Source: an uncultured Deinococcaceae bacterium (lineage in GTDB: Bacteria > Deinococcota > Deinococci > Deinococcales > Deinococcaceae). From it: a stretch of 64,000 bases of DNA. Every line of letters begins with the position of its first letter. Positions within the stretch are counted from its first letter, which is position 1. The stretch is taken from contig CAXULY010000010.1 of NCBI GenBank assembly GCA_964252075.1, positions 64,327 through 128,326 on the forward strand, written 5' to 3'. Under the pieces are notes generated by a model. The model made no database searches. It saw nothing but the letters and a program-made list of their open reading frames with translations, and was not told the origin of the DNA. Shown here in pieces: positions 55,860-64,000 of the stretch. A program made the position numbers and the translations under genes.

Positions 55860-57362
55860 GTGAAAAACTCAGCCCTCAAGGTTGGCACGCTGGCGTTGTC
55901 GCTGGTGCTCAGCCTCGCCGCCTGCTCACAGCCCAGCGTCTCACCCACACCCACGCCCAGTGTGTCCCCGACGCCGGCTCCCACGCCCGCGCCGAGCGAC
56001 ACCCCAACCCTCCCCGCCCCCTTCGCCTTCGTCACCCTCTCGGCTCCCCCCGGCGCCACCGTCGAAAGCAACACCATCACCGTCACGGGCCTCAGCCAGG
56101 CCACCATCATCACCGCCTCCGCAGGCACCCTGCTGATCAACGGCACCCCCGTCAGCGGCCCCACCACCGTGAACAACGGCGACACCGTCCAGCTTCGCCT
56201 TCAGGCCAGCGCCACCCCCGGCCATCAGGTCCGCAGCACCGTCGCCATCGGCCTGCTCTCCGCCACCTTCACCGTCATCACCGGCCCCACCGGCGCCGCC
56301 ACCATCACGCCCGCCCTCGCCGTGGTCCTGCCCGGCGAGGTGCTGCACCTCAGCACCCCCACCGACGCGGCCAGCCTCGGTTTGCGCTGGCAACTGGTGT
56401 GCAGCAGCCAGACCGGCAACCTGCCCGTGGACTGCGCCTCCTTGACGGTGCTGGACCCACAGCATGCCGACTTCACGGGGGACATCCCCGGCACGTACGT
56501 TGTGAACCTCGTGGACGCCAACGGCGGGGTCGCCGCCTCGAACGTCATCACCGTCAAGGGCATCAAGGTGACCCTCAGCGCGGATCGGACCAGCGCGCCA
56601 ACGGGGCAGGACGTGCACCTGAGCGCCAGCCTGAAGGGCAGCACGCAGGGCGGCACGTGGAGCGTGACGCCCAGCGCCGGCGCCACCCTGACGCAGGACG
56701 GCGTGAACGCCACCTTCAGCGCCAGCGCGCCCGGCGAGTACGTGCTGACCTTCACCAGCAAGGAGGACGGCCGCCGCACCAACACCATCACCATCACCGT
56801 GCGCCAAGTGGACGTCTCCAACGTGACCGCCAGTCCGAACCCCATGGCGCTCAACACGCACACCACGCTCAGCGCCACGGTGACGGGCAGCACTCAGGGC
56901 GTGACCTACGCGATCACGGGCGCGAGCGGCGGTGGGGATGTCACGAAGGCCAGCATCACTGGCAGCACCTTCACCGCTTCGCAGGTCGGCACGTACACCA
57001 TCACCGCCACCAGCAATGAGGACCCCACCAAGTCCGCCAGCACGCAGGTGGTGGTGCTGGACCTTCCTCCGGTGATCATCTACTACGATTCCTACTTCAA
57101 TGGTCCGAGCCAGGCCCTGTACCCTGGCGTGTATTCCGCACCCAACGGCGACTTCGGTCCCGTCGGGGACAACCTGCTGAGTTCCATCCGGGTTCCGGCC
57201 GGGTACACCGTCGTGGCCTGCGACGATCCGACGGGCAACCCGAATGTTGGTGTGGGGTGCCGCACCTACACGACGGACCTGGGATTTGACTACAACGGCA
57301 CCAATGACACCACGTCGTACCTCAGGATCACGTACTCTGGTCCAACGAATCTCCAGCAGTAA
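55860..57362 (+). CDS. Lipoprotein with Ig-like repeats and C-terminal beta/gamma-crystallin-like domain
   Basis: LAAC lipobox, PT linker, G.YT.TATS..D..K, Y.D..F.G...SSIRVP.G. Confidence 0.8.
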   Translation: MKNSALKVGTLALSLVLSLAACSQPSVSPTPTPSVSPTPAPTPAPSDTPTLPAPFAFVTLSAPPGATVESNTITVTGLSQATIITASAGTLLINGTPVSGPTTVNNGDTVQLRLQASATPGHQVRSTVAIGLLSATFTVITGPTGAATITPALAVVLPGEVLHLSTPTDAASLGLRWQLVCSSQTGNLPVDCASLTVLDPQHADFTGDIPGTYVVNLVDANGGVAASNVITVKGIKVTLSADRTSAPTGQDVHLSASLKGSTQGGTWSVTPSAGATLTQDGVNATFSASAPGEYVLTFTSKEDGRRTNTITITVRQVDVSNVTASPNPMALNTHTTLSATVTGSTQGVTYAITGASGGGDVTKASITGSTFTASQVGTYTITATSNEDPTKSASTQVVVLDLPPVIIYYDSYFNGPSQALYPGVYSAPNGDFGPVGDNLLSSIRVPAGYTVVACDDPTGNPNVGVGCRTYTTDLGFDYNGTNDTTSYLRITYSGPTNLQQ

Positions 57363-57377
57363 GGCCGGTTGAACCGT

Positions 57378-57412
57378 GCGCCCCTCCTCGAACTGGAGGG
57401 GCGCGGTTTTTT
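57378..57412 (+). terminator. Intrinsic terminator
   Basis: GCGCCCCTCC...GGAGGGGCGC then TTTTTT. Confidence 0.8.
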
Positions 57413-57487
57413 GACGTTTCACCACTGGCAGCACCAAAACCCCTCATGATCACCAAGAGCGGCGCACCGTACCTAGGGACTGGCAGA

Positions 57488-57601
57488 ATGAGGCCCAATG
57501 TCCTCGCTTTCAACGACGGCTTCATTACTGCCACGACGTACCAGGGGACCATTGCGTACGAGGACCAGACCGGACCGTTCAGCTTCACCACGCCCCAGTG
57601 A
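57488..57601 (+). pseudogene. Remnant paralogous to the 3' end of the next lipoprotein gene
   Basis: TATTYQGTI...FSFTTPQ* versus TATTYKGTI...FSFTKNP*. Confidence 0.55.
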
Positions 57602-57643
57602 CGTTACGGTCGATATGACGGGCGGAAGCGCCCAAGGAGAGCC

Positions 57644-58027
57644 ATGAAGAAGCTGCTGATCCTGCCCATCCTCGCCCTGACGCTCGCCGCCTGCAGCTCA
57701 CCCACCCCCGCACCGAGTGGCGCCATCAACGTCTCCGGCGGCTGGACGGGCACCGTCACATCCTCTGGGGATGCCGGACCCACGAGCACGCCCCTGACCC
57801 TGCAACTCGTGCAAGCCATGGGCTCCGACGACATCACCGGCACGGCCTTCAACCAGTACGGCACCGGCACCCTGACCGGCAAATTCAGCACTGGCATCTT
57901 GAAACTGGTGGACAAGAACGGCCTCTCCGCTGACCTCGTCGGCACCTTCACCGCCACGACGTACAAGGGCACCATCGAGACGGCGGACACCCCTGCCGGT
58001 ACCTTCAGCTTCACCAAGAACCCGTGA
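57644..58027 (+). CDS. Small beta-barrel-like lipoprotein
   Basis: AAGGAG SD; LAAC; V.G.W.G. Confidence 0.8.
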   Translation: MKKLLILPILALTLAACSSPTPAPSGAINVSGGWTGTVTSSGDAGPTSTPLTLQLVQAMGSDDITGTAFNQYGTGTLTGKFSTGILKLVDKNGLSADLVGTFTATTYKGTIETADTPAGTFSFTKNP

Positions 58028-58081
58028 CGGCGCGTCAGAGTGCAGGTCCCCTCGAAGCGTCAACCCAATAGGAACGCCTGC

Positions 58082-58507
58082 CTATCGTGCTGTGTGCGCT
58101 CGAATATTGGCCCGCAAAATAGATAGGCCGGCGGCGGTGAACACCAAGCCCATCACGAACGTCACCACGGTGAACCCCCACTGCGCACCGAAGGTGTTCA
58201 GTGTGACGCTCTGTGGCCGGTCAGGGTCGTACAGCACCGGCACCTGCTGTCCCGGCACGTACCCGGCGATCATGCCGCCCTGCGGGTACTCGATGGTCTG
58301 ACCGCTGCGGGTCTTGAATTGGATCTCGGGGTGTGACCCGCCTGCGTTCAAACGGATGACGGTCCCCCGCGCGTGCAGGGCGCGCCGGTTGAAGCTCACG
58401 GTGCTGCGCGCCTCGAACAGCATGCCGAGAATAAGCCCAAGCCCCACGAGGAGGAAGACGACGCCCCGAATGACGTCAAGTGGACCCGCTCGTTCTGGCT
58501 TCGTCAC
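58082..58507 (-). CDS. DUF3592-like membrane protein
   Basis: TM, A.GTV, P.I.F, V.VLYDP..P, TM. Confidence 0.8.
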   Translation of the reverse strand: MTKPERAGPLDVIRGVVFLLVGLGLILGMLFEARSTVSFNRRALHARGTVIRLNAGGSHPEIQFKTRSGQTIEYPQGGMIAGYVPGQQVPVLYDPDRPQSVTLNTFGAQWGFTVVTFVMGLVFTAAGLSILRANIRAHTAR

Positions 58508-58824
58508 GGTCTACCCTTGCACGCCTATGTCGGTCGCTGGAAGAGCGTTTGGGGCGGTGGGTGAGGGCATGGCGCCACTGTACCGGCTGTGCGGGACTGT
58601 GCCCGCGAGCGGCAGGGGGCGGACCTCTTCCTTTGCCCTGCCCTGATAAACAAGTCCGCAACCTTTCGCCGCGTCCCGTGGTGCCCTGTCGCGTCAGAAG
58701 GCTGCGGTCCAGTGGGTTGCAGGCAGCATGGGAAGATTGGTCCTCCTTCTTGCAGACAGCTTCTGGCTCACACCTCAGGTCACGTAAGCTGAACGGGGTC
58801 TTTGCCCTCGAAAGGAGTCTTCTG

Positions 58825-59439
58825 ATGTCGAAGGTGGTCGGGATCATGTCCATGTCGCTCGACGGCTTCGTTGCCGACGCGAACGATGGTGTGGCCGAAG
58901 TGTTCGCGTGGTACTTCGGTTCGGGCAACGTTGAAATCCACACCGGAGGTTCGGACCCCATGATCTACCGGGTTTCCGAGCCGAGCGCCCAACACCTGCG
59001 CGACTCCACGTCTGGACTGGGGGCCGTGCTCACGGGTCGGCGCACGTTCGAAGTCGCCGAAGGGTGGGGGGGCAACCACGCGTGGGGACCCGCGTTCGTC
59101 CTGACACACAACGTGCCCACCGGATGGCCGCGACCCCACTCGACCGTTCACTTCGTGACGGACGGCCTCGAAAGTGCGGTGAACCAGGCCAAAGCCGCCG
59201 CTGGCGGGAAATCCGTTGCGGTCCACGGCGCTGACACCATCCAGCAACTCCTGAATGCAGGCCTGCTCGACGAACTGTACATTGACCTCGCCGCGGTGCT
59301 GCTGGGCTCTGGCGTTCGACTCTTCGATCACCTCACCCACACGCCAGCCATCCTCGGCGCTCCGAAAGTGGTCGAGGGCGCCGGCGTGACGCATCTGCAC
59401 TACACCGTCCGCACGGCGTCGTCCGCTCACACACTGTAG
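58825..59439 (+). CDS. Dihydrofolate reductase/RibD C-terminal family protein
   Basis: MSLDGFVA, GRRTFE, GLLDEL, LLG.GVRLF. Confidence 0.9.
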   Translation: MSKVVGIMSMSLDGFVADANDGVAEVFAWYFGSGNVEIHTGGSDPMIYRVSEPSAQHLRDSTSGLGAVLTGRRTFEVAEGWGGNHAWGPAFVLTHNVPTGWPRPHSTVHFVTDGLESAVNQAKAAAGGKSVAVHGADTIQQLLNAGLLDELYIDLAAVLLGSGVRLFDHLTHTPAILGAPKVVEGAGVTHLHYTVRTASSAHTL

Positions 59440-59506
59440 AAACGCGTAACAGAAGAACTCTGGAAGCAGAGCGGCCGGGCATATGCCCGGTCGCTCTGCA
59501 TGCCCG

Positions 59507-59959
59507 TTACGCCTTTGGTGGCCATAGGTGCATCAGTTGACGGAGCAGCACAACTCTGCCCAGGTGGTATGCCGTGTGCACCGCCCCGAACGCCAGCGCA
59601 TCCCGCCACGTGGTGCCCAGTGATCCCGGCTCGGGGGCGTTCAGCCACTCGGTGTCTTGAGCCAGCGAAACGGCCCGCCGTGAGTCGCTCAGGAAGGCGG
59701 CCACCAGGGCGTCCCATTCGTCCTGGCTGGCCGACATGGAGGACGCGGGGAAGTGCTCTGCATACGGCCAGCGGCCCAGTCCGTCTTGCCCCTGGTCGAG
59801 CAGGATGCGCAACACCGTCTTGGCGTGCCAGAGCTCCTGGTAAATGCTGTGCGGGGCGCCCGCCGGGACGGTGCCCGCCTGCTCGGCGGTGAGGTGCTGC
59901 AGCAGCGGTTCGCGGGGGGCGAAGCCGCCCGTGAGGAGGAGGTCGTCCCACGTGTCCAT
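59507..59959 (-). CDS. DinB-family protein
   Basis: HSI...L.H and HTAYHLG. Confidence 0.85.
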   Translation of the reverse strand: MDTWDDLLLTGGFAPREPLLQHLTAEQAGTVPAGAPHSIYQELWHAKTVLRILLDQGQDGLGRWPYAEHFPASSMSASQDEWDALVAAFLSDSRRAVSLAQDTEWLNAPEPGSLGTTWRDALAFGAVHTAYHLGRVVLLRQLMHLWPPKA

Positions 59960-60038
59960 GACGGCACCTTACGCCCTGAAGGACGCTCCGTCCACGGCTG
60001 TCACGCACCGCGGGTGACTGCTCGCGGTGCGTGCTGAG

Positions 60039-60629
60039 CTACAGGGCGGGCTGGTCCGCGTCGGGCTTGGAGCACGACCCGTCGGTCAACTGATCGGGGC
60101 GTGCCTGTTCGGTGGCCGCTTGGGCCTCAAGCAAGGCCCTACCCTCCTCCGCGAGTTTGTAAATGAGAGCTAGCCACTTTGCATTTCGCACTGGATCAAC
60201 TGTATAACTCGTCCGTTCAACGAAGCGACGGCCTTGATCGTCAACAGTTACCCGTTCATACGTGCGCTTGTAGGGATTTGGGCGTTTATCGTCGTTGGGC
60301 ACTTCTTGAAGACCTGCGGGCGGATTTGCCAAGAGCCGTTGGAATCCCTGATAGGTCATGGGATAGTCCAGCGAGATGCCCGCTATGTAACCGACCTGAT
60401 GCCGGTTGCGCCCTTGGATGGCAGGGTGGTTACCTGCTGACCGTTGAGCGGCGAACCCCTCGCACGCTTGCTTACTGATCGCCCATCGTCCTCCGTTTTT
60501 CTCGCCTGGCAGAGTTCCGGAGCGTAGAAGAGTCAGTAAGGCAGATCTGCCCACACCTAGAAACTGCGCAGCCTCCGATAGGTTGAAGGTTTGATTTTGC
60601 TCAGTCCGCCCGCCGTGCTGGTCAATCAT
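60039..60629 (-). CDS. Excisionase-type HTH protein with C-terminal extension
   Basis: LSEAAQFLGV....L..L..G.LPG.K.GGRW.I. Confidence 0.8.
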   Translation of the reverse strand: MIDQHGGRTEQNQTFNLSEAAQFLGVGRSALLTLLRSGTLPGEKNGGRWAISKQACEGFAAQRSAGNHPAIQGRNRHQVGYIAGISLDYPMTYQGFQRLLANPPAGLQEVPNDDKRPNPYKRTYERVTVDDQGRRFVERTSYTVDPVRNAKWLALIYKLAEEGRALLEAQAATEQARPDQLTDGSCSKPDADQPAL

Positions 60630-60736
60630 GTCTGTGCTCCTCGCACTCCGGTGTGGGGTTCGGAGGGAGCTGGGCTCACAGGTGGGTCCGGGAGAGTCGG
60701 CTCGGCGCTGGCTGCTGGAGTTCGCTTCTTCGCCAT
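60626..60736 (-). CDS. Short MAKKRTPAAS... peptide, copy 1
   Basis: AGGAGG SD; stop overlaps the HTH start. Confidence 0.5.
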   Translation of the reverse strand: MAKKRTPAASAEPTLPDPPVSPAPSEPHTGVRGAQT

Positions 60737-60783
60737 GGTGTTCCTCCTGAGGCACAAGGGAGTGCCTCAGCCAGGTCATACCC
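60690..60783. repeat. 94-bp repeat, copy 1 (second copy 62578-62671)
   Basis: Near-identical sequence incl. TGAGGCAC-AAGGGA-GTGCCTCA hairpin and SD. Confidence 0.85.
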
Positions 60784-60803
60784 GTTTGGCTGCCGCTTTG
60801 AAC

Positions 60804-60841
60804 AAAGGAAGAGGCCGGGCACTCGCCCGGCCTCTTCCTTT
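60804..60841. terminator. Bidirectional terminator
   Basis: AAAGGAAGAGGCCGGGC...GCCCGGCCTCTTCCTTT. Confidence 0.8.
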
Positions 60842-60846
60842 GCCCT

Positions 60847-61053
60847 TCATTCCGTCGCTGGCGCGAAGAGCGCCACCGCGCCGAACACCTTGGAGCTCGA
60901 CCACATCAACTGCGCCATCACGTACCGCTTCCCCTCCCACACCAGCTCATCGCCCATGTGAGGCCGCGGGGCATCCACCCGATACACCACCACCAAATCC
61001 GCTTGGTCTTCGCTGGACCGCACACGATGGATATCTTTGGGGTCCACCTTCAT
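60847..61053 (-). CDS. 68-aa hypothetical protein, paralog 1
   Basis: 44/68 identical to 63744-63950 by hand count. Confidence 0.75.
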   Translation of the reverse strand: MKVDPKDIHRVRSSEDQADLVVVYRVDAPRPHMGDELVWEGKRYVMAQLMWSSSKVFGAVALFAPATE

Positions 61054-61126
61054 GGCTCAGTCTCACGACGGGAACCCCTATCCCCCGCCTGATCCGGTGA
61101 ACCCGCCTTGGCCGTCCCCGCTCTGC

Positions 61127-61549
61127 TTAGCGGCGATCTCGGATGGTTTTGGCGCTGGACCAGAAGCCGATCATCATCTCGAACTGCGCGACAATGAGGT
61201 CCAGCCGGCCCTTCTTCACGAAGTACGCGCTCGCGTACTCGTGGTAGGCCCGCGTGATGTGGTCGTCATCGTCGGACACCGTCAGCATCACCACGGGGAT
61301 GTTGCGGAGGTTCACGTCGGCCTTGAGGCGCGTCAAGAGTTCCAGGCCGTCCATCTCGGGCATCTGGATGTCCAGCACGATCAGGTCAGGTTGACCCCAG
61401 CGCGCGTCCTCTAAAAGACAGAGGGTTTCCTCAGCGCTGGTGGCGGTGGTGATGACGGTCGGGTGCTTGAGGCGCCCGAAGGCGTCCTGGGCCAACAGCA
61501 GGTCCATCGGGTCGTCATCCACGACGAGGACCTGAAGGGGGCGGGTCAT
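61127..61549 (-). CDS. Single-domain response regulator (Rcp1-like)
   Basis: VLVVDDD, PDLIVLDIQMP.MDG, IPVVMLT. Confidence 0.92.
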   Translation of the reverse strand: MTRPLQVLVVDDDPMDLLLAQDAFGRLKHPTVITTATSAEETLCLLEDARWGQPDLIVLDIQMPEMDGLELLTRLKADVNLRNIPVVMLTVSDDDDHITRAYHEYASAYFVKKGRLDLIVAQFEMMIGFWSSAKTIRDRR

Positions 61550-61892
61550 GACCGGCCAATGGGGTTGTGTAGGGGGAGCATCGCTGCCCCCTTTCCGCTC
61601 GCGCGAAGGGAGCGCGGACTATCCGCACTGTAGGCGCTGAAAGGGACTCGGAAAGTTCAGAAGGGAGATTCATGAAACCGAATCAGCAGAGCGGTCGAAG
61701 CAAACGCTTCGACCGCTCCCTTTGCCCGCTCAGGACGGCTTGCTGGGCTCGTCATCCACGTACTCCAGCAGGTCCGCCCGACCCCTTGATGATCTGGGCG
61801 AGGGCGTTCCACTGAACGCACGGTCGGTTCCAGCTTTATGCAGTTCATCGACACCACACATCTTGATAGCGTACGCGCGACTACAGTTTGAT

Positions 61893-62123
61893 ATGGCGCC
61901 CGATCCCCTTTCACAGGAGTTGGAGCGACTCCAGGACTGGATTGAGCAGGCGCGCCTGACCACGTTCGAGTGCGAATGTCAGCGGCACGAACGCCTCCTG
62001 GTCCTGCAAGAAGCCCTGTGGCGGCGGCGTCACTCCCTGAACCTGCTGCCTGCCGCCATCCTGGGCTCGGTCTTAGAGCGCCACGGCCTCCCACTCTTCC
62101 CAGCGACTGACGAGCCCGCATGA
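61893..62123 (+). CDS. Small helical hypothetical protein
   Basis: TACAGT upstream; coupled to the next ORF. Confidence 0.5.
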   Translation: MAPDPLSQELERLQDWIEQARLTTFECECQRHERLLVLQEALWRRRHSLNLLPAAILGSVLERHGLPLFPATDEPA

Positions 62124-62371
62124 GCCTGAACCTGCTCTTGCGCCGCGTGGAGGCGATGCAAATACAACTTGAGGTGCAACTCCAGACCTCGCACGAGATG
62201 CTGGACGCATCACGCTGGTTGCTGAACCAGCACCGCCGCCGGCGCGTTGAGATGCTGTTGGCAGAAGAGGAAACAGAGACGCTGCTCGAGGCGCAATGGA
62301 AAGCGCTCAACGCCATGCGGCGGCGGCTCTCCGCGCTGCGGGCGCAGCTCAGCGGTGATGCCGGGCAGTAG
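62120..62371 (+). CDS. Small coiled-coil protein
   Basis: ATGA coupling; heptad pattern. Confidence 0.55.
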   Translation: MSLNLLLRRVEAMQIQLEVQLQTSHEMLDASRWLLNQHRRRRVEMLLAEEETETLLEAQWKALNAMRRRLSALRAQLSGDAGQ

Positions 62372-62387
62372 AGGAGCGGTTCGCTTG

Positions 62388-62624
62388 TCACTTCGGTTCC
62401 GTGCTTCTGGTTGAGGCCGCTGGGACCGGGGAGGGTTGGGCGGCTGCCAGTTGGATGCAGAGACGAATGAGGAACTCCCGCTGACGGCGGTTCCCCTCGG
62501 GGTCTTTGATGAACTTGATGCAGGCGGGCAGACTTCCGGCTGTGCTTCCTGCATCAGTGGGGGGTCCGGAGAGGGCTGGGAGAGTCGGCGCGATGCTGGC
62601 TGCTGGAGTTCGCTTCTTCGCCAT
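62388..62624 (-). CDS. MAKKRTPAAS... protein, copy 2
   Basis: Same SD and N-terminus as 60626-60736. Confidence 0.5.
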   Translation of the reverse strand: MAKKRTPAASIAPTLPALSGPPTDAGSTAGSLPACIKFIKDPEGNRRQREFLIRLCIQLAAAQPSPVPAASTRSTEPK

Positions 62625-62671
62625 GGTGTTCCTCCTGAGGCACAAGGGAGTGCCCCAGCAAGGTCATACCC
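62578..62671. repeat. 94-bp repeat, copy 2
   Basis: Matches 60690-60783. Confidence 0.85.
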
Positions 62672-62875
62672 TCTGGTTTAAGAGGTGACGAGTTTCAGCG
62701 CTGCCCGCTCCACTTGAGCAACATGCACCGTACTCAACAGTTAGGGAACGGCTCGGGCTCGGCGAAAGCACTTCGGCAGTTCGGCTTGTTGTCTATATCA
62801 GTAGTGTGGCTGCCCTCACCTTGCCCGACAAACCGAACACGAATGTCGAAAGGGTGAGCATAGGCTGTGCGAGTG

Positions 62876-63013
62876 ATGAGGAAACTCAAACACCCAGCCT
62901 TGGCGCTGCTCGTGCTCTCGTTGCTGTTCTCATCCTGCGCGCAGAAGGGCGCCACCCCCACCGCCTCCTCCACCTGGGACACCGCGACCTGGGACCACGC
63001 CACCTGGCAGTAA
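62876..63013 (+). CDS. 45-aa lipopeptide with TWDTATWDHATWQ Trp repeats
   Basis: TAGGCT -10; FSSC lipobox; below the ORF-track cutoff. Confidence 0.7.
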   Translation: MRKLKHPALALLVLSLLFSSCAQKGATPTASSTWDTATWDHATWQ

Positions 63014-63022
63014 GGACCGACC

Positions 63023-63685
63023 ATGCTCAAGATTGACCCCAAATCCGCCCTGCTCGGTGCCGCCCTCGTCCTTGGTGGTGGCCTCGCCGCCAACCAGGGT
63101 TCCAGCCTCATCCAGTACGTCTTCAAATCCGGCGACCCCATCCGGGCGAACGAAATCAACGCCAACTTCTCCGCCCTCAGCGCCGCAATCGACACGATCA
63201 AATCCACCAATGGTGCGTCCGTCGGGACGGACCGCCTCGCCGATGGCAGCGTCACCGCCAGCAAACTGAAGGTGTCGACGCCAGGTCAGCCTGGACAGGT
63301 GCTCGCGCTGACGACGGACGGACTGCAATGGCAGACCAGTACCGGCGCGCAAGGTCCCGCCGGTGAGCGTGGGCCAATCGGGCCTGCAGGTGCCAAAGGC
63401 GCGGCGGGCGCGGCAGGTCCACAGGGCAGCCCAGGCGTATCGAACCTGACCACCGTGACCCAGAGCACGTCGACGGAGACGCAATTCGGCACGCTGTGGA
63501 AGGCCGCCTGTCCAGCAGGTACCCGGGTCATCTCGGGTGGGTACGAGAACTACGACGGCACGGATGTGACCTTGCGGAACAACAAACCAGCGGATGACGG
63601 CAGTGGCTGGGAGGTGCTGACCACGCAGAGCGGCGGGTATCGCATTGCGGCCATCGCGGTGTGCGCCACTGTGGCGACGGACTGA
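63023..63685 (+). CDS. Exported collagen-like fibre protein
   Basis: Signal-like N-terminus, FKSGDPIRANEINANF, about 10 Gly-X-Y triplets, CPAG..V..GG..W..AVC head. Confidence 0.8.
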   Translation: MLKIDPKSALLGAALVLGGGLAANQGSSLIQYVFKSGDPIRANEINANFSALSAAIDTIKSTNGASVGTDRLADGSVTASKLKVSTPGQPGQVLALTTDGLQWQTSTGAQGPAGERGPIGPAGAKGAAGAAGPQGSPGVSNLTTVTQSTSTETQFGTLWKAACPAGTRVISGGYENYDGTDVTLRNNKPADDGSGWEVLTTQSGGYRIAAIAVCATVATD

Positions 63686-63704
63686 GCGGGTTCATTCAAT
63701 AGGC

Positions 63705-63735
63705 AGAGAGGTCGGGCAAGTGCCCGGCCTCTCTT
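63705..63735. terminator. Terminator, paralog of 60804-60841
   Basis: AGAGAGGTCGGGC...GCCCGGCCTCTCT. Confidence 0.7.
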
Positions 63736-63743
63736 CGTGTCCT

Positions 63744-63950
63744 TCAATCTGTCGTTTGGGCGAAGAGCAGCACCGCACCGAACACCGCTGTGGTCGGCCA
63801 CATTAGTTGGGTCATCACGTACCGCTTCCCCTCCCACACCAGCTCATCGCCCACCTGGGGCGGTGGAGTGTCCATTCGGTACACCACCACCAGCGATGCT
63901 GAGTGTGGATCTAGCCGCACCCGCTGAACGTCGCTGGGGTTCACCTTCAT
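63744..63950 (-). CDS. 68-aa hypothetical protein, paralog 2
   Basis: GDELVWEGKRYVM shared with 60847-61053. Confidence 0.75.
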   Translation of the reverse strand: MKVNPSDVQRVRLDPHSASLVVVYRMDTPPPQVGDELVWEGKRYVMTQLMWPTTAVFGAVLLFAQTTD

Positions 63951-64000
63951 GGACCAGTCTCTCGAGGGGAGTCCCCACCCTTCGCGGTTTTGGGTGAAGC

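Larger units (their letters stand above)
47594..64000. mobile_element. tRNA-Ile-integrated, phage-satellite (PICI)-like element continuing beyond the window
   Basis: att fragment, Xis-like, primase, helicase, iterons, TerS-like, cargo; no capsid or tail genes in view. Confidence 0.8.

Noticed and set aside
55940..56020. Pro/Thr tandem repeats as a DNA repeat element
   Set aside because: Explained as the flexible linker of the lipoprotein
55420..64000. Integron cassette array
   Set aside because: Genes are in mixed orientation; no attC-type ends or integron integrase; repeats include coding sequence

Overview
GC-rich DNA, most likely from a Deinococcus-type genome (inferred from many leaderless genes with a TANNNT -10 box 5-8 nt before the start codon, and from gene content). 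The window has three parts. (1) 1-~39.88 kb is the right part of a siphovirus prophage: putative late regulator and promoter, terS/terL/portal, scaffold/capsid, head-tail genes, tail chaperones with a -1 frameshift, a 2520-aa tape measure, fibres, lysis genes, a second fibre/lysis-like module, small accessory genes around a divergent HTH switch, and a non-coding end block with three DnaA boxes and candidate small RNAs. It abuts a 5'-truncated S66 peptidase gene. (2) ~39.9-47.6 kb is host DNA: peroxiredoxin, nucleoside hydrolase, a bacterial-type proS preceded by a Pro-rich leader peptide, argF, a GNAT, and argC. (3) From 47.6 kb to the end is an element integrated in tRNA-Ile(GAT); only the displaced 3' half of the tRNA is present. 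Its core resembles a phage satellite (regulator, Xis-like, Toprim primase, AAA helicase, iterons, TerS-like, Gln/Gly-rich pilot-like protein), followed by surface and cargo genes with internal duplications. Best candidates for undescribed biology: the proS polyproline leader attenuator, the satellite carrying a DNA-pilot-like gene, a phage oncocin-like Pro-Arg micropeptide, a dispersed 12-bp palindrome (GTCAAATCTGAC) in the prophage, a structured ~170-nt RNA next to the DnaA boxes, and a papain-like peptidase that may process shared scaffold/capsid leaders. All family assignments come from motif recognition by eye; no searches were run.
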